From assembly GCA_965637545.1 (NCBI GenBank), contig OZ281495.1, positions 9,982,001 through 10,046,000 on the forward strand: DNA of 64,000 nt, given 5' to 3'. The position numbers and the translations under genes are program-made. The notes under the pieces were generated by a model. That model was not told the DNA's origin. It was given only the letters and a program-made list of their open reading frames with translations, and ran no database searches. Of this stretch, positions 15,201 through 27,900 are shown in pieces (the stretch's first letter is position 1; every line of letters starts with the position of its first letter). Source of the DNA: Phallusia mammillata. Lineage: Eukaryota.

Positions 15201-18200
15201 TAGCTTTGCACGCCAAGTTGTAAAATCTGAAGTTACTCCTTCAATACGAAAACATGCAAATTAAATAAGTTAACCATAGTATAAGAAAATATATTTCTCT
15301 CATGCAAACATCTACTGTGTCTTATTCAAATAGAACAGTATGATAATAGGTAATGAATCCGACAATGAACTTACTAAGGTTGTCAATGACACGATCGTTT
15401 TGCGGATAGTTTTATCGAAGTTGAAACTTGGGCAGTGACCCCATGTCAGTACAATGCAATATAAACGGGCAAGACGGACACGCGCTGTCGATGTAAAGTC
15501 AACAAGTCAGCAACAGCACGCTCCAATTAGCGCCCGTTCGATCCCATTACCAACCAATCACTTTACTCAAATTCGACTCTTCGGCCTTAGGACGTGTTCT
15601 TGGGCCCGCGTAACCCAATACTCCGCAAACATGGGTGATCGGTCAAAGCATGACGCGAACCGGCGGCCCTTGAAAGTGATGGAACCGTATCTTGGGGCCC
15701 AGCGGATCCCCAGTGGTTCTCTAGCAATTTTTACGAGTCATTAGTAGCTATTATCTGTGCTGTACAAACACACGCTACGGGTCGGGTAATTTTGTCTCGC
15801 GCGGGGAAAAGGATACCAGGTTGGTCATCCTGTCTGCCCTGTAATTTGGAGTTGCTGGTTGTACGTCGATAGGTTGTTTCAGCGACGAGAGAAAAATAAA
15901 ACTTTTTCGGGTGTTGTTTTAGTGAAGGATATAATGTATCCTGCTGCTTACACACTGCTTAAAGCAGCGAATGAGCATTTCCAAGCCAACTGTAAACTCC
16001 AGGCAGTCAAGGGATTAACTGTAAACTACAGGCAAATCAAGTATTAAAATCAAACTATCCAACTCGAAAACAAGTTGTAAAATATATGGCCGGTAAGCAA
16101 ATGGAAATAAGACAATAACAGTTCTTCGTAGACTGTAATTTTTTAATAAGTTATTAACAAATCAACAACAACGGATTTAATTAAGCGGTATATATTAATA
16201 TTGCAGTAACGGCTGCAAAGCTGTGTTAGCAAAGAATAGGAACAGAAGGGCGCTGAACAAACTAAGCGCTTTCACGAACGTGATTCGAAGCCTCTTTATT
16301 CTATTTCAGTGTCCTAATCGGACAGACAAGAGGTCTCAATGGTGCTCGGCCCGCCTCACGTGTCTTATGACAACAAGTGGAACAACGTCACTGCTCCACA
16401 CACTATCACCTATTTAATCCCTACTCTTTGTGTCAGTAAATGATCGAAAAATCACGTGCTGAACAGGATCAAAAACTGGCCTATACAGATTTAAACGATT
16501 AAAAACGCGCCAAAACAGGAATACAGACTCAACGGCTTTTGCTGTACAAAAGTTGTAACTACAGAAACTCTAAACACACTTTTTTTGTGACATTGGCCTG
16601 CAAGTTCAATGGAAACTTGTGCGACAATACCTTACAATGTTTGCAAGTATTTTTATAAAATTTAAAGGAATTTCGATCGCATAAATCGAAAATGCAAGAC
16701 GCAGTAAAGCAGTACCTACACCAAAGTCATCAAGCAAAAATACTAAAGGTGTTTGTCACAACTAAATAATATGACTTTTCGAAAATGTTCTAAAACAAAA
16801 TTAAAAAAATTAAACGTATAGCATTTCCATGGTAACCTACATCGCAATTTATTTTCACTGGATCTAATTAAATAATCTAAAATCAGGGATAGCGATTGTT
16901 TGTTGTAACATTGTGTTTTAAGATTTGCCTGATAAAAGCGTCATATGTATGTATATATATATAGGACGTCAAAACGTCGATTAATTGTAATAAAAACTGC
17001 TGGAAAAGCAATACTCTTTTACCGATTACGCCCGGCAGCAACAGTTTATTTGTCAAGATCTACATAACTAATTTTTTATGCTAAGCAGAAACTTTCTTAA
17101 TGGAGATATACAAGATAATGAACACGGCTTGCCTGGCATGGATGACGTAATCACCGTCAACTTTCGTCATTCCTTGCACGTAATGAAGTTCGGGGGTTTC
17201 CCCAATGTGCTTGGTCCCGACGAATATCGCGTATTTTTGTGTATCTGTAAAAAAGAGAAACATTTAAAGTTGACCCAACAAAATCACATTTTATGCATGT
17301 CTAGACTCTCGTTCAATACATTAGCGTTACAGCACAAATTAAAAAGCGATTTGCAAAGGTTATCTCAGTCTGAAGGGTGCGCCGTGATCGGGTCAAAGTG
17401 TTCAATATCAGGTTACGACCGCTGCGTGCAATAAACCGGGTTGTCTTATCATGGTTTTCCCTCATAGTCGTTTAGGCTTCAGCGTCGTACCGCTAAACGG
17501 GTTTTTAAAGCTACAGCCTAGAGCAGTGGTTCTCAAACTTTTTTATTGTCGGGGCCAAATGGTGTTTTTTAAGTGTGTAGGGAGCCGCAAAAAAACGAAA
17601 CCTTGAGAAAATCACTAAAGAAGATGACTTTGAAAGCTAAAATAACCATGTTTGGTGGTTTTCTGAGGTCTGGTGCGAGCCGCAAAATAAGTAGTTGGGA
17701 GCCGCATGCGGCCCCGAAAACCGAGTTTGAGAACCACTGGCCTAGAGTCTCATGTTTGGAGATCAAATGAATTTGTAAATTGGATGTGTTTGAAGTAAAT
17801 ATCACTTTAGAGACTTTGAAAAACACTTTAGCAGTGGAAATGTCTAATCTTATTTTGTTTCTTAAGGGTTTCCAATAAACGAAACTAACGCTGTAAAAAG
17901 CTGGTACGTTATCGCTTATGTCAAAGTGATGGAAACAAACTAACAAATGAAGCCTTTCACCTTTCTGACACACAAGTCCAAAAACAGGGCGATAATTTAT
18001 TTGCATCATAGCATGGTCTATGGAGTTGTGCATGGGCCGTTGCAAATTGTGCTTCTGCTTTTAAAGGTTGCAGCAAGTTAATCTGCGGCAGCGTTTGGGT
18101 TTGGTTCATAGTTTGCACATAAGGACACGAAAACAGGTTTGGGCGACCGCAGGTAGCAGGCTGTAAAAAACTTGGTGCTACAGTGCATAAAAAAAGCAAT

Positions 18201-21200
18201 TAAAAAAATACAAATTTGTGGCATATCGGAGTTTTCGTTCTGCTGATACACTTTTTTCGATTATATGTTAAAACGTGACAGAAGATGTTGCATATTAGAC
18301 ATAGGCACTTGATATCGGCGCCGCTGAAACGAATTCAATACCTCATCTGTCAAATTATTTTTGAACTGTGACAAGGAAAAGCAGTTTTTTTACGTTTACC
18401 ACTTTTTAAAACTGTTTGACGCAGAAGTGATGTTAGGCGTAATTGCGTCGAAGCGTTTAGTCACGTGTACGCAATTGTTGAACCGCAACGAAGTTTGAAA
18501 ACAACAACCCGCAAGATTTCTATTTTTACCCCGATCGCGTGCAGTTCGTCAATCTGAGTTCGAACGATAACAACTCTCGCAAAGATTACGATGGTGCGGA
18601 TTGTTTGCAACTTAGAAGCTTCGGATTTAACAAATTGCGCAATGATGCATATACAGTCTGTAATCCTATATGAGCAGCAAGGCAATATTGAAATGCACTT
18701 GAGTTGTTACCGAAAAACAACAAACAAAAAATGAAAACAGCATTGATATTGAATTGTCCGACATAAATTAGGCACATACCCTTGAATTCTGTTAAAACTT
18801 TCAATGTGGGAGTTAGGATGAACACGAAATGTAGGAGAGGAGCTAGGTCCAACGATTTACGAATAACGGAAACAAGGTCATTTTTACAAACAAAATATCG
18901 TTAGCACACCTAATACAAGGATTGAAATGGGGTTTGTGCATAAATGAAGGACATGTGACCTTTATGCGTACCCTCGGGTTTTCCCAAGCAGACAAAAGAC
19001 TTTCGAAAAACAAATCTTACATCAGCCTACAGCGTAAACACTATATACACCCCTTTTCCCGTGGCTCAGATCAGACAATTAACACAAAAAAGACTAGTGG
19101 GACCGCTGTGCAAAACGATACGTAATGTTGTATTGCAGAAACACTTCTAACTCACAAAGGAGTTTGCTGGTGACAATGGATGGCGCACTGAGGCAGCAAC
19201 ATATGCCTTGTAAAGTGATCCCTGTACGCAAAGGTACTACTGCAAACTGAAACCTCCCGTGGAACCAAACGAGTGGGACACGTGCAAAACAACAATACTT
19301 GATTGAAACTTGGAGTAGGAGATTATGTTTATGTGTGCAGAAAAAGCAATTTTATTAAGTTGGGGGTCAAAAGGCATCGATTCCTAAACTATTGCTCAAC
19401 AATCAACAGCACATGCAACGATTGACTGTGTAGGGGACTAAAACGGAACTATTGTCAAGTTTTAATTTAATTTGCATTGCAAGTGCAAAACTTTAGGTTG
19501 GCCACGGAACGCGAAATATATTTTATAGTACTGGTATGGGTTTGGGTAAAAAATTTGGAAGGTTTAATTTATAGAATCATATAAGCATAAGGTACGAAAT
19601 AATGTGCACTATCTGCAGCTAAGGTACCAAAATACGTTATACTGTTACACATCTTTTGCGAATGTTATAACGACATTTAAACAATAAAACCCACTCAGTT
19701 CATCTACAATGGATCAGTGTTTAGCGGTTGTGCTAATTCACCCAAATCGAAGTCTAAAAAGGCCATTGTCCCCGCAAAGGTATTGTCTTGCGATACGAAT
19801 CAGCTGCGCAAGGTCCTGCCATCCAACCGAGTAGGCTCTTTGGCAGGCAGCTGCAGGTTGCACGAAACTCACCATACACAGCTGAGGTGTGTGATGCATT
19901 GTGGTGGCGGGGCCCTCCAGGTTGGCATGCCTTCAGGGCAGTTAGTCTCACCACAAAGGCCAGGCTTATCTTGCAACGGATTATTTTTGATGCTAAGATC
20001 TCCAATTGCAGATCATTTTTTGGTACAAGTCAAGTAATGTGTGCTGCGTGGTTTAAGTTTGAATGAATGCATTTGATTGGCAAAAAGGAATTAAGAAATC
20101 CATATGATTTGTTGATTTCTCTGTCAAAACTGTAAACTATTTGAAACTGATTCTATTTCAACCCTTTTGGAATATATTGCATAATATGTAAGGTATCTGA
20201 AGGCATTTAAGGCCACTGCATATCTTTTTTTAGTGTATGGGAAGTAAGGTTACTGGTCTTTTTGAAATATATAGGCTACATAATAACGGCGGCTCACAAA
20301 GTTTGCAAATAATTTTTAGATGGGCCATAATACCTGCAGGTTCCTATTCATTTTTTGCACGTTGCAACAAGTAACGTTGCAGCCTAAACTGGTTCACCCA
20401 TAGGCCATAACACGTTTTGCCAGGTGTCCATCAATCGAACTTTATTCCATTAGGGAATTGATTTTCAAGAACAGGTGCAATGGTAACACGATTAAATCGA
20501 AATTAACCAGTTTTTGAACGAATTTGTGTTCATTATACGAAACCGCAATCATATTAACGTCTAGTAATCACCTGCAAGGCTTAAACGTCAAACGATGATT
20601 CGTTAACTTGATCTTGCGCGGGGTTTTAATTGTAACAACACGGATGTGGGGATTTGAATGGTGCTAATTTCCACTGGCAGTAACGATAGTGAAATGGTGT
20701 CGGCCGATTAGATTAATAAGAATACGATTGCGCGAATTAAGGTTCATTAAATGTGGTTTCAAATGCGGAAAGGAACGGTTTTGGCGGCCACAGGTTTTGT
20801 GAATTACAGAATGAACACAGGAAATTTGTTTTTCTTATCGCCAGACCAACAGTGTTTTGCGTATTGCACAATAATAATGTTCCTATAGCCTACCTTAGTG
20901 ACAATACTTCTGTGTCGTGTATATTAATACCGTATTTAAACCTATAGGAAAAATGGAACTGCAAAAGGTCACTGGAATGATTTTCGATTAAAAATTCATG
21001 AAGGCTTTAGTGCCTTATAACTGACATTTGTTAGTTGAACATCGCAGTAATCTCGCACTGAAGTGTTTTGTTCAGTGAGTGGCTGTCAGCGCTCTTAATG
21101 GCCCATATATAATAGGACAATGGAAGCTTGATAACTAAACATACAATCCTAAACATCGCGAATTCAAACTTACCATTGACACCATACACTCTTTCCGGCT

Positions 21201-21297
21201 TTTTGTCTTCCGGAATAATGCCCCTCACAATAGCAACTGCAAAAAGCATTAAAATGATCTTGATAGTTCCGTATTTCTTTCCGTTCAAACGCTCCAT
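293..21297 (-). CDS. SEMA6: Transmembrane semaphorin, class 6-like (signal peptide, Sema, PSI, TM, long Pro/Ser-rich cytoplasmic tail), 20 coding exons, ~1265 aa
   Basis: Phase-consistent exons (transcript order): 21174-21297, 17133-17244, 13573-13642, 12510-12689, 11955-12060, 10565-10693, 7863-7945, 6989-7215, 6125-6271, 5645-5806, 5355-5534, 4752-4859, 4137-4276, 3769-4067, 3490-3587, 3014-3179, 2526-2633, 1597-2098, 792-1444, 293-496 (3798 nt). Semaphorin motifs: KGKSTEKCHNYVK, CGSNSF, FCPYDP, NMWLNNPRF, VYSRVSQACKSDQGG, TTFFKATLNCSIPG, NSVPASAVC, LDFVRKHPLM. PSI: CRKTCLDAGDPHCVW. TM: GIGLAVGFLLAVILFALFLIAL. No Ig or TSR domain. Class 6 versus class 1 is assigned from motif resemblance only. 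Confidence 0.92.
2163..2371. mobile_element. hAT (Buster/Charlie-like) MITE
   Basis: TIR CAGTGGTTCCCAACC...GGTTGGGAACCACTG; TSD gattagtg/gattaatg (7/8); in a semaphorin intron. Confidence 0.88.
6502..6884. mobile_element. hAT MITE with subterminal GCCCGA(A)CC repeat arrays
   Basis: TIR CAGAGTTGCA...TGCAACTCTG; perfect 8-bp TSD tggcgaaa; many ggcccgaacc motifs near both ends. Confidence 0.92.
12904..12966 (+). ncRNA. Degenerate Penelope-type minimal type-I hammerhead repeat (family A)
   Basis: ACC-CTGGTGA-AG-[GGGTCTC gtat GGGACTC]-AAAAC-GTC followed by the shared tail AATAAAAACTGCTGGA; core mutated (CTGGTGA, AAAA). Confidence 0.6.
16927..17004 (+). ncRNA. Degenerate Penelope-type minimal type-I hammerhead repeat (family A)
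   Basis: CTGATAA-AAGCGTC-(TA-rich loop)-GGACGTC-AAAAC-GTC and the shared tail AATAAAAACTGCTGGA; core mutated. Confidence 0.55.
17524..17739. mobile_element. hAT (Buster/Charlie-like) MITE
   Basis: TIR CAGTGGTTCTCAAACT...AGTTTGAGAACCACTG; perfect TSD gcctagag. Confidence 0.93.
19591..19622 (+). repeat. 3' half of a family-B hammerhead TIR (remnant)
   Basis: GGTAC-GAAA-TAATGTGCACT-ATC-TGCAGCT matches family consensus GGTC-GAAA-CAGTGTGCACACT-GTC-TGCAGCT; 5' half not recognisable. Confidence 0.5.
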
Positions 21298-24200
21298 CGC
21301 TGATGTATATCCAAAAAACCAACTTTTACTGGAAGTATTTCAGTTGTCCAACATGGCGAAATGAAAGTTCATGAAATCGCAGCTTGCAATGTTTCGCAGA
21401 GAACTGTGCACGTGATCCGATTAGCGTGACGTCAAAGCTAGTTCTCTGCGACTTTGTGTGTTGTTATGGCGCAGGTCTTATAGCCTCGGAACAGAAGCGC
21501 AGTCGCGGGCTTGGCCTGGATAATCCTATTTCAATGGCCACGGTGCAGGCTCGTTTGCGGCGGAATTCGTGCTGGGCACAGTGCAGATAATCTGTGTAAA
21601 CCGTCAGCACACTGCTCGGACTAGAAACAAGGCGCAACTTAGTCTTGTACCTGAAAAGCAAGATGGATTAAACGGCGTTTGGGTAAGAACAGCTTCTTGT
21701 AGTGGCCCCACTAAAACGGGGGCAACATGAAAGCGCTTTAGGGTGCTGCATGGGATTAAAGGGTTTACAGGTTTGGCAGGCAAAAGTGGAAGTAAAAGAG
21801 GCCAAATGCTTTTCGTTATCCATGCTAACTGCACGTCATTAGTTACACGGAAGGATGTTCTTGGAAAATCAGCCGCCTCGCGGACGCCTTGCTGTGATAA
21901 GTTCCTAGTATAGGTGGAACACAACAAAAACCACTCCTCAGTTTTGGAATTTTACGTTACACAGTTCTCACAAAATGAAATTTTAGTTGCCGAATTATAA
22001 CCGACACCCTTAAAATTAATTACGTTTATGACCGAGAATAATTAAAGAACACATCTATTGTTTGTAATGTAGTCTACTATGCAAACTTGAAGACTGCTTT
22101 GACCTTTTTTACACGAAACGTGACCTCGACAAATTTATACTTAGTGTTTTGTACGAAAATGTTTCATCTTATGCTCTGACAAGGCCTTATGGGGGATAAC
22201 ACCTTCTTAGGTACGAAATACATGGTTTTGCGAACAAGGCAACCACAGGGTTCTTCGCTTGGTAAACGAATGCGAAAAACAAGTTTTAGGAGAAGCGACC
22301 GACGGGTCTTTCATGTGCAACGGCGTTTAACGAATGATTAGACAAAACGTGAAGGTTCAATGCTACTTTCACCCCACAGCGCGAACCACCGCAACAGACT
22401 ACGTCCTGAAAACGATCAGTGTCACTTAGCCCCAGCTGAAAAGAATGTTTCTTTCTAAGCGTCAACTTAAACGACTTCTTGATAAAAAATGACTTCTGTC
22501 TGTAAAACTAGGCACGGCACAAAATCTAGCTAATCGGTTAGCTGATAGACACAGGCCATAACACAACACAAGTACTTTGGATTGAACCCAAAGAGGTTCA
22601 GGTTACCAAACATTCAACTTTATTTATGGCAATCTAAACAATTCTGCACTTTTGTTTTGCCTTGTATACATACAAATATGTCCACTAAAGTTAACTTCAC
22701 ACAAATATATTAGTCTAGCGAAATACAAGCATTTTCCTATACAAAAACCAAACTATGATACTGTAAAAAATATCTAAGAAGGGCTATTGTGTTGAGAAAC
22801 GACGAAACGAACAATAAAATCGTTACTCGTTAACTCAATGAATCGTAAGTTTACAATCTATTCACTGACGTTGCCGGCGAAGTGACCTAAAATGCCGGCA
22901 AATCAAATATGAATCTCAAGGGGTCGCTTTGATACGCCAATATAAATACCTCTGTAATTTCTTGTACTTTCGATCTTTCTCTTTCATACAATTGAAGCTC
23001 ACGTAAACATAAAGCTGTTTTTTTCAGTGGTGGCCGTTTACTTTTACAGCATAAACTATGAACTTTTTTCAGAAAACTAACTTAATTGATGCCTCAGAAA
23101 TGAAACAAATAAAAAGTATCACTTTTAATGTTCTTTAACCGCAGACACCTTACTTTTGAAGCTTTCTGTTTCTCCTCTGTCAACGTTAATACATTATTTT
23201 AAACAAAAAAACATTGACTTTGACTGATTTCCTGAAACCTTAACAAACCCTCGTCTTCACTCAAAAAAATTCTCATTTTTTAAACTATGGTTGCGCTTTA
23301 TTTAAACCTGTGGAAGGAACTTTCCTGAACAAGCAATCTACCAACTTATTGAACGCTCATCAGCGAAAAATGACGTAGAAACACCGGTTCGCTATCAAGG
23401 ACTGGCCGAGAAGTGATGCCCTCAGGCCTTGATGCATTGTTACAATGACGATGTCTTTGAGAGGTTGTGTTTAATTGCAGGTGGATTGCTCATACACCTT
23501 GTGATCAACACAATGCTTTTCTCACAACGCGAAGAACTTGTGTTGTTTATTGTGGTCCTGCCACTTGGACATGTCTTTTGTGTACTTTGATCCGAGTCTG
23601 TGGAATAAACTTTCAGCTCTGGTGGTAACTTTGAATTTGTAAACAGGTCCAAAGGGATCGGCCAAAATTAAACACAGTAACCTTTTACTTGCTCGTATAT
23701 GTCTGGTAAAGTTTAAAGTTTTTAACTCACTTGACGTTTTCAATAACATGAAATGTCTACTCGAATTGAGATTGTAGGCTACGTCGGTGTTTCAAATCTT
23801 TTTTTTTTTCAATTCATTTTGGTAAAAGGTCACACGCAAAAAATGTTCTCGGACGTATTTTTTTCCAAACTCTACGGTAAAACAATCTTTCAAAATATAC
23901 TCGATCAAAAATGTTACTTGGTAAGAAAAAAATACCTGTACAATATACAACTTAACATTTCCGATTTTAGTACTTTGTTACGCAAGAGCAAAAAGGGAGA
24001 AACTTTAACCGCTATGCGTAATTTGTTTGCTTCATCACGGACCGAAGATTTTTTTATGGTATTATTGGCAAGTATGAAGCGATAAGTCAATAATTGCCTC
24101 TGGCATTTCAAAAATACCAAGCCAGAAACGCTTTCTTATCTGCATGGCAGTAAAGATGAATGCAACATAACTATCTAGGCTTTAAGATGAGTCTATTCTA

Positions 24201-24890
24201 TCCAATTATGGACGCAGTAATTTTATGTCCACCGTGTCTGATACATTTTGACTGTTTCATTCCAAATCGAAAATGGCAAGATACATTTTTCCAATATAAC
24301 TTAATTCAGCATACCTACGTATATCGGTAATACTGTCATCTGCGTGCACTCAATTTCATGCGTTGAACATAAAATCAATACTCAATACTAAAATCATTGA
24401 TGGGACTTGATTCGATTCTGGCCATCAAACAGAATGTGCTGGTTTGTTATAATAGATACAGTTAAACAAGTTTGGCGAGGGCGTATCGTATTACGCCTAT
24501 ATGTCACCGTAACATGACGCATTCAAACCAAACTCACACAGTCAAATACACAAAGTATAACAGTATTGAGAAATACAAAATCGGACAAGATCAACATTAA
24601 TCAATAAACAAGTAATTTATTGACGACCAGAATTTTTTTCTCACAACAATTGGTTAATGAATTAATAACCTTATTTACAGGCCAACGCAAATTGTGTGTG
24701 GTTTTATGGTCATAGGCACTTTCAAGGCAGTGTTTTTGACCTTAGATTTCGCACTATAAAACGATAAACCCGCAGAGGACAAGATTGTTAAATCAGACAA
24801 CTTGGCTTGGTCGATTCAGATGTCAATCTGCCGAGCTATAGCCTAATCCCATGGAAGAATTGGTTCCAGGTTAAAAATGAAATTGCTGTA

Positions 24891-24973
24891 CTTGCAGGCA
24901 TTTTCACAGCTCTGCGATTTATAAAAATTCTTGAAGGCATTTTAACAGCTCTGCGATTTTTTAAAATACTTGC
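24891..24973. repeat. 39-bp tandem duplication (2 copies plus partial)
   Basis: cttgcaggcattttcacagctctgcgatttataaaaatt followed by cttgaaggcattttaacagctctgcgattttttaaaata, then cttgc. Confidence 0.85.
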
Positions 24974-27900
24974 GAATGGGGAGGGTAAAAAAGGAGAAAA
25001 TAGATGTTAGTGTTCGACTTGAATTTTCTTGGCTTCGTAAACTACTGTGGTGTACCGCATTATGAACAATAAAAGTTTGTTGACACAAGCAAATGAAAAG
25101 TGCGGTTCATTAGGTTTAAAATAATTTAGACACAGCATACCAGGGTATGTTGAAGTGAGCTTGGTATAAAAAGAAATCGAAAAAAATTTACACCCTTTGT
25201 CTGACAACTTCACGAATATTCAGTGTTTGTAAATTATTAGACTACAACTCGTTACCAGTTACATACACAATCATTTGAAACATAGTATCTTGGTTTATAT
25301 TAACTTGGGACTGGGAGTAGCTGTTTCCAAAAAAGGTTTGACGAAAACGCTACACGCTATCTTTCTGTTAAAAAGAGCACAAATATCGGCAACTTTCCAA
25401 CAATTACGTAATCTAAATCTGTCCGACCACGCAAAACTTTTTCTTTGACTCACTTTCCACTAAAAACAGTTAGTCACTACTTACCCTGTATACAGTAACA
25501 ACAAAACTTTTGGGCTGGTATTCAGCTAACCGCGCTGTAAGGCCGGTCGCACGACGTTCTGCTTCAGTGGTGTTGAATCAAAGGCGTGTAAGTTACAAGT
25601 GGTCAGTCATCACCTAACTATGCCATAAGCTACTGAAGTCGGTATAAAAGTTAATGAAGCTGTAGGAGCTGCACAGGAATTTTTGTTGCGCCTTCCCACG
25701 TAAAAATCATTTAAGGTTATCGGTGAGACTCATACTTTCTTGGCTTGTGCTTTAAAATGCGGTATGTAGTAACCTATCTTCTTTATGCTCAAAGCCTTTA
25801 ATACATTAAAATACTTTTTTAGCTATTGGATTCTATGATATGTCATGAACCAATAGTTCAATCAATTTCAGCATAAATATATACTGTAAAGACAAATTTA
25901 GAAACTTTGATGTTACAAAAACTTGTAGGGCTTTTTGGTTGGGTATTCTTAGGGCTCTGTTCTTTAATTTACTTAGAAGTAAACAATGCCGCGGATTTAG
26001 GGGAAATTATTGCATTGCCCTTCACGAGTTTAGAAAGTAAAAATTCGTAAAACATTCTGTTTACGAAACCAGTGTTGTTGAAAAGGTGGCTCATTAGGAA
26101 GCAAGCACGCTTTTTTATGCCACCCAACCAATTGACTTGACCACTAAAAGGCAACAGCATAACAACAAACGTACACAAGTTGAGTTAAAGTTGGGAGAGT
26201 TCAAAGAACATTTGAATTTGTTGTGTTCGGCTACTTTGCAACTTCGTGCTAAACGAACTCCTTGTCAAGGCATGACGATACAACTGACGGATAACAAGCC
26301 CATCGCCAAGCGTGTCTGTTGTTTGTGTTTAAGTCCATGAACTTACACAAAGTTCTCTGGTTTCTTCAGATATTTCATTACAAGTTAAAAATTGTTGAGT
26401 ACTGTTTGTACGTGGTGTGAATGCGCTACACCACCTTCCATTTTTTAAATGTTTTCTAATGACAAAAACGACTTAGGCATATCTTGCCTTGTTTAACTTT
26501 GTAGGCTACCGACCTGAACTTTTTAATGTGTTTTAAACCACTAATTAACAAAAACAAACACTTACTCAAATACTTGCTTAGTTTCAGAACTCCAGTGAGT
26601 GTCAAGACTGAACTTAACTTAAACTTACTTCTAATAACAATTGGTTCGTGACAACGATCTACTGTTGTAACTGCTTGCATTAAAAACCCACAGATAAGTG
26701 CTCAACTCAACAAACAAAGCTCAGCTTAATGTACAGATAAGGCGAGGACCTGAAAACAAGTAAACGCATCTAGTTCTTGCTCCCTGATGCCGGCATACGA
26801 TTTGCCTTGCTGTTTAACGCAGTTCTGTTTATATGAACGCAGACTAGCAGCTCGATACACATCAACAGTTTTTACTGACAAGGAGAAAGAGCTAGATAGA
26901 AGAAAGTTAGTGTTATCGGGTGGTGGCATCGAATTTACGCTCGGCTTCAGTGCGGTGGACCAAATTAGATTGCCTGTTCTTTACTGTTATTTTTAATTAG
27001 AATTAAAAGTTATCTTTGTCTAGGTTTGCATCACAAGACATAACTGGTAATACAACCTGATGTAGGTTTACATAGATGTGCCAATCAAATCAAAACTCTG
27101 TAAGTAGCTAAGATCAATATACATACACAAAGCTATTTGTTTCTTCCAATTTCAGTCACAAAGTCAGTTTACCATTTCCTATAGAGGAAGTCGTGCGTAT
27201 TACACTACACACAATATCTTATTTGACAAGCAACGGACGACAGATCTAGTTATCGGTAGTATTACATGTCTTGGAAATCAAGGTACATGATCGTGCCTGC
27301 TGTTTACGGGCGGTGCGTTAATATATGCTGGGTTTAGTAAGTAAGACTCAAGAGCTTGAAGGCTGTTGGTTTTTACGGACTTTTAATCACGTATGTCAAT
27401 ATTGGCTGATGCTCTTATACCGACATCGTGTTTGCGTAGTAAGGAAAGACATAGGAAGAGCTAACTTGCTTGGTTATCGGTTCTTACTAGGCGATAAAAG
27501 CGCTTAGATTTAGGTACACATTCAACAAACCTAATCTTCCTGCAGTTTTGACACTTTCAACTGATATGAATTACGTATTTTAGGCATTGATTTAAGCTTG
27601 TCTTTTGTTAATCTATTTTAACAACGTCCTTGAATTAAATTTGTCAAAAAATAGCAGTTCTCAATACCTTCATTGTGATGCTAAGTTGTACAGTCCTGCA
27701 CTATAGTTCTAAACTAAATAGGCAAAAAAACTATAGGAAAGTAGACCCTTATTTTGCAATCACATTGATGACCTCAACTACAATAAATTCTTGCAAATTC
27801 GACACAAAATACAAATGTAGAAAACTAACAACACTGTCCAGCTAAAATGTGCAAAATTTCTCTGCGTCTTTTTGACCAACAGACCATTCAACAACAGCAC

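Noticed and set aside
23345-23365. Minus-strand CTGATGAG, a hammerhead core half
   Set aside because: No stem II closing onto a GAAA, and no stems I or III.
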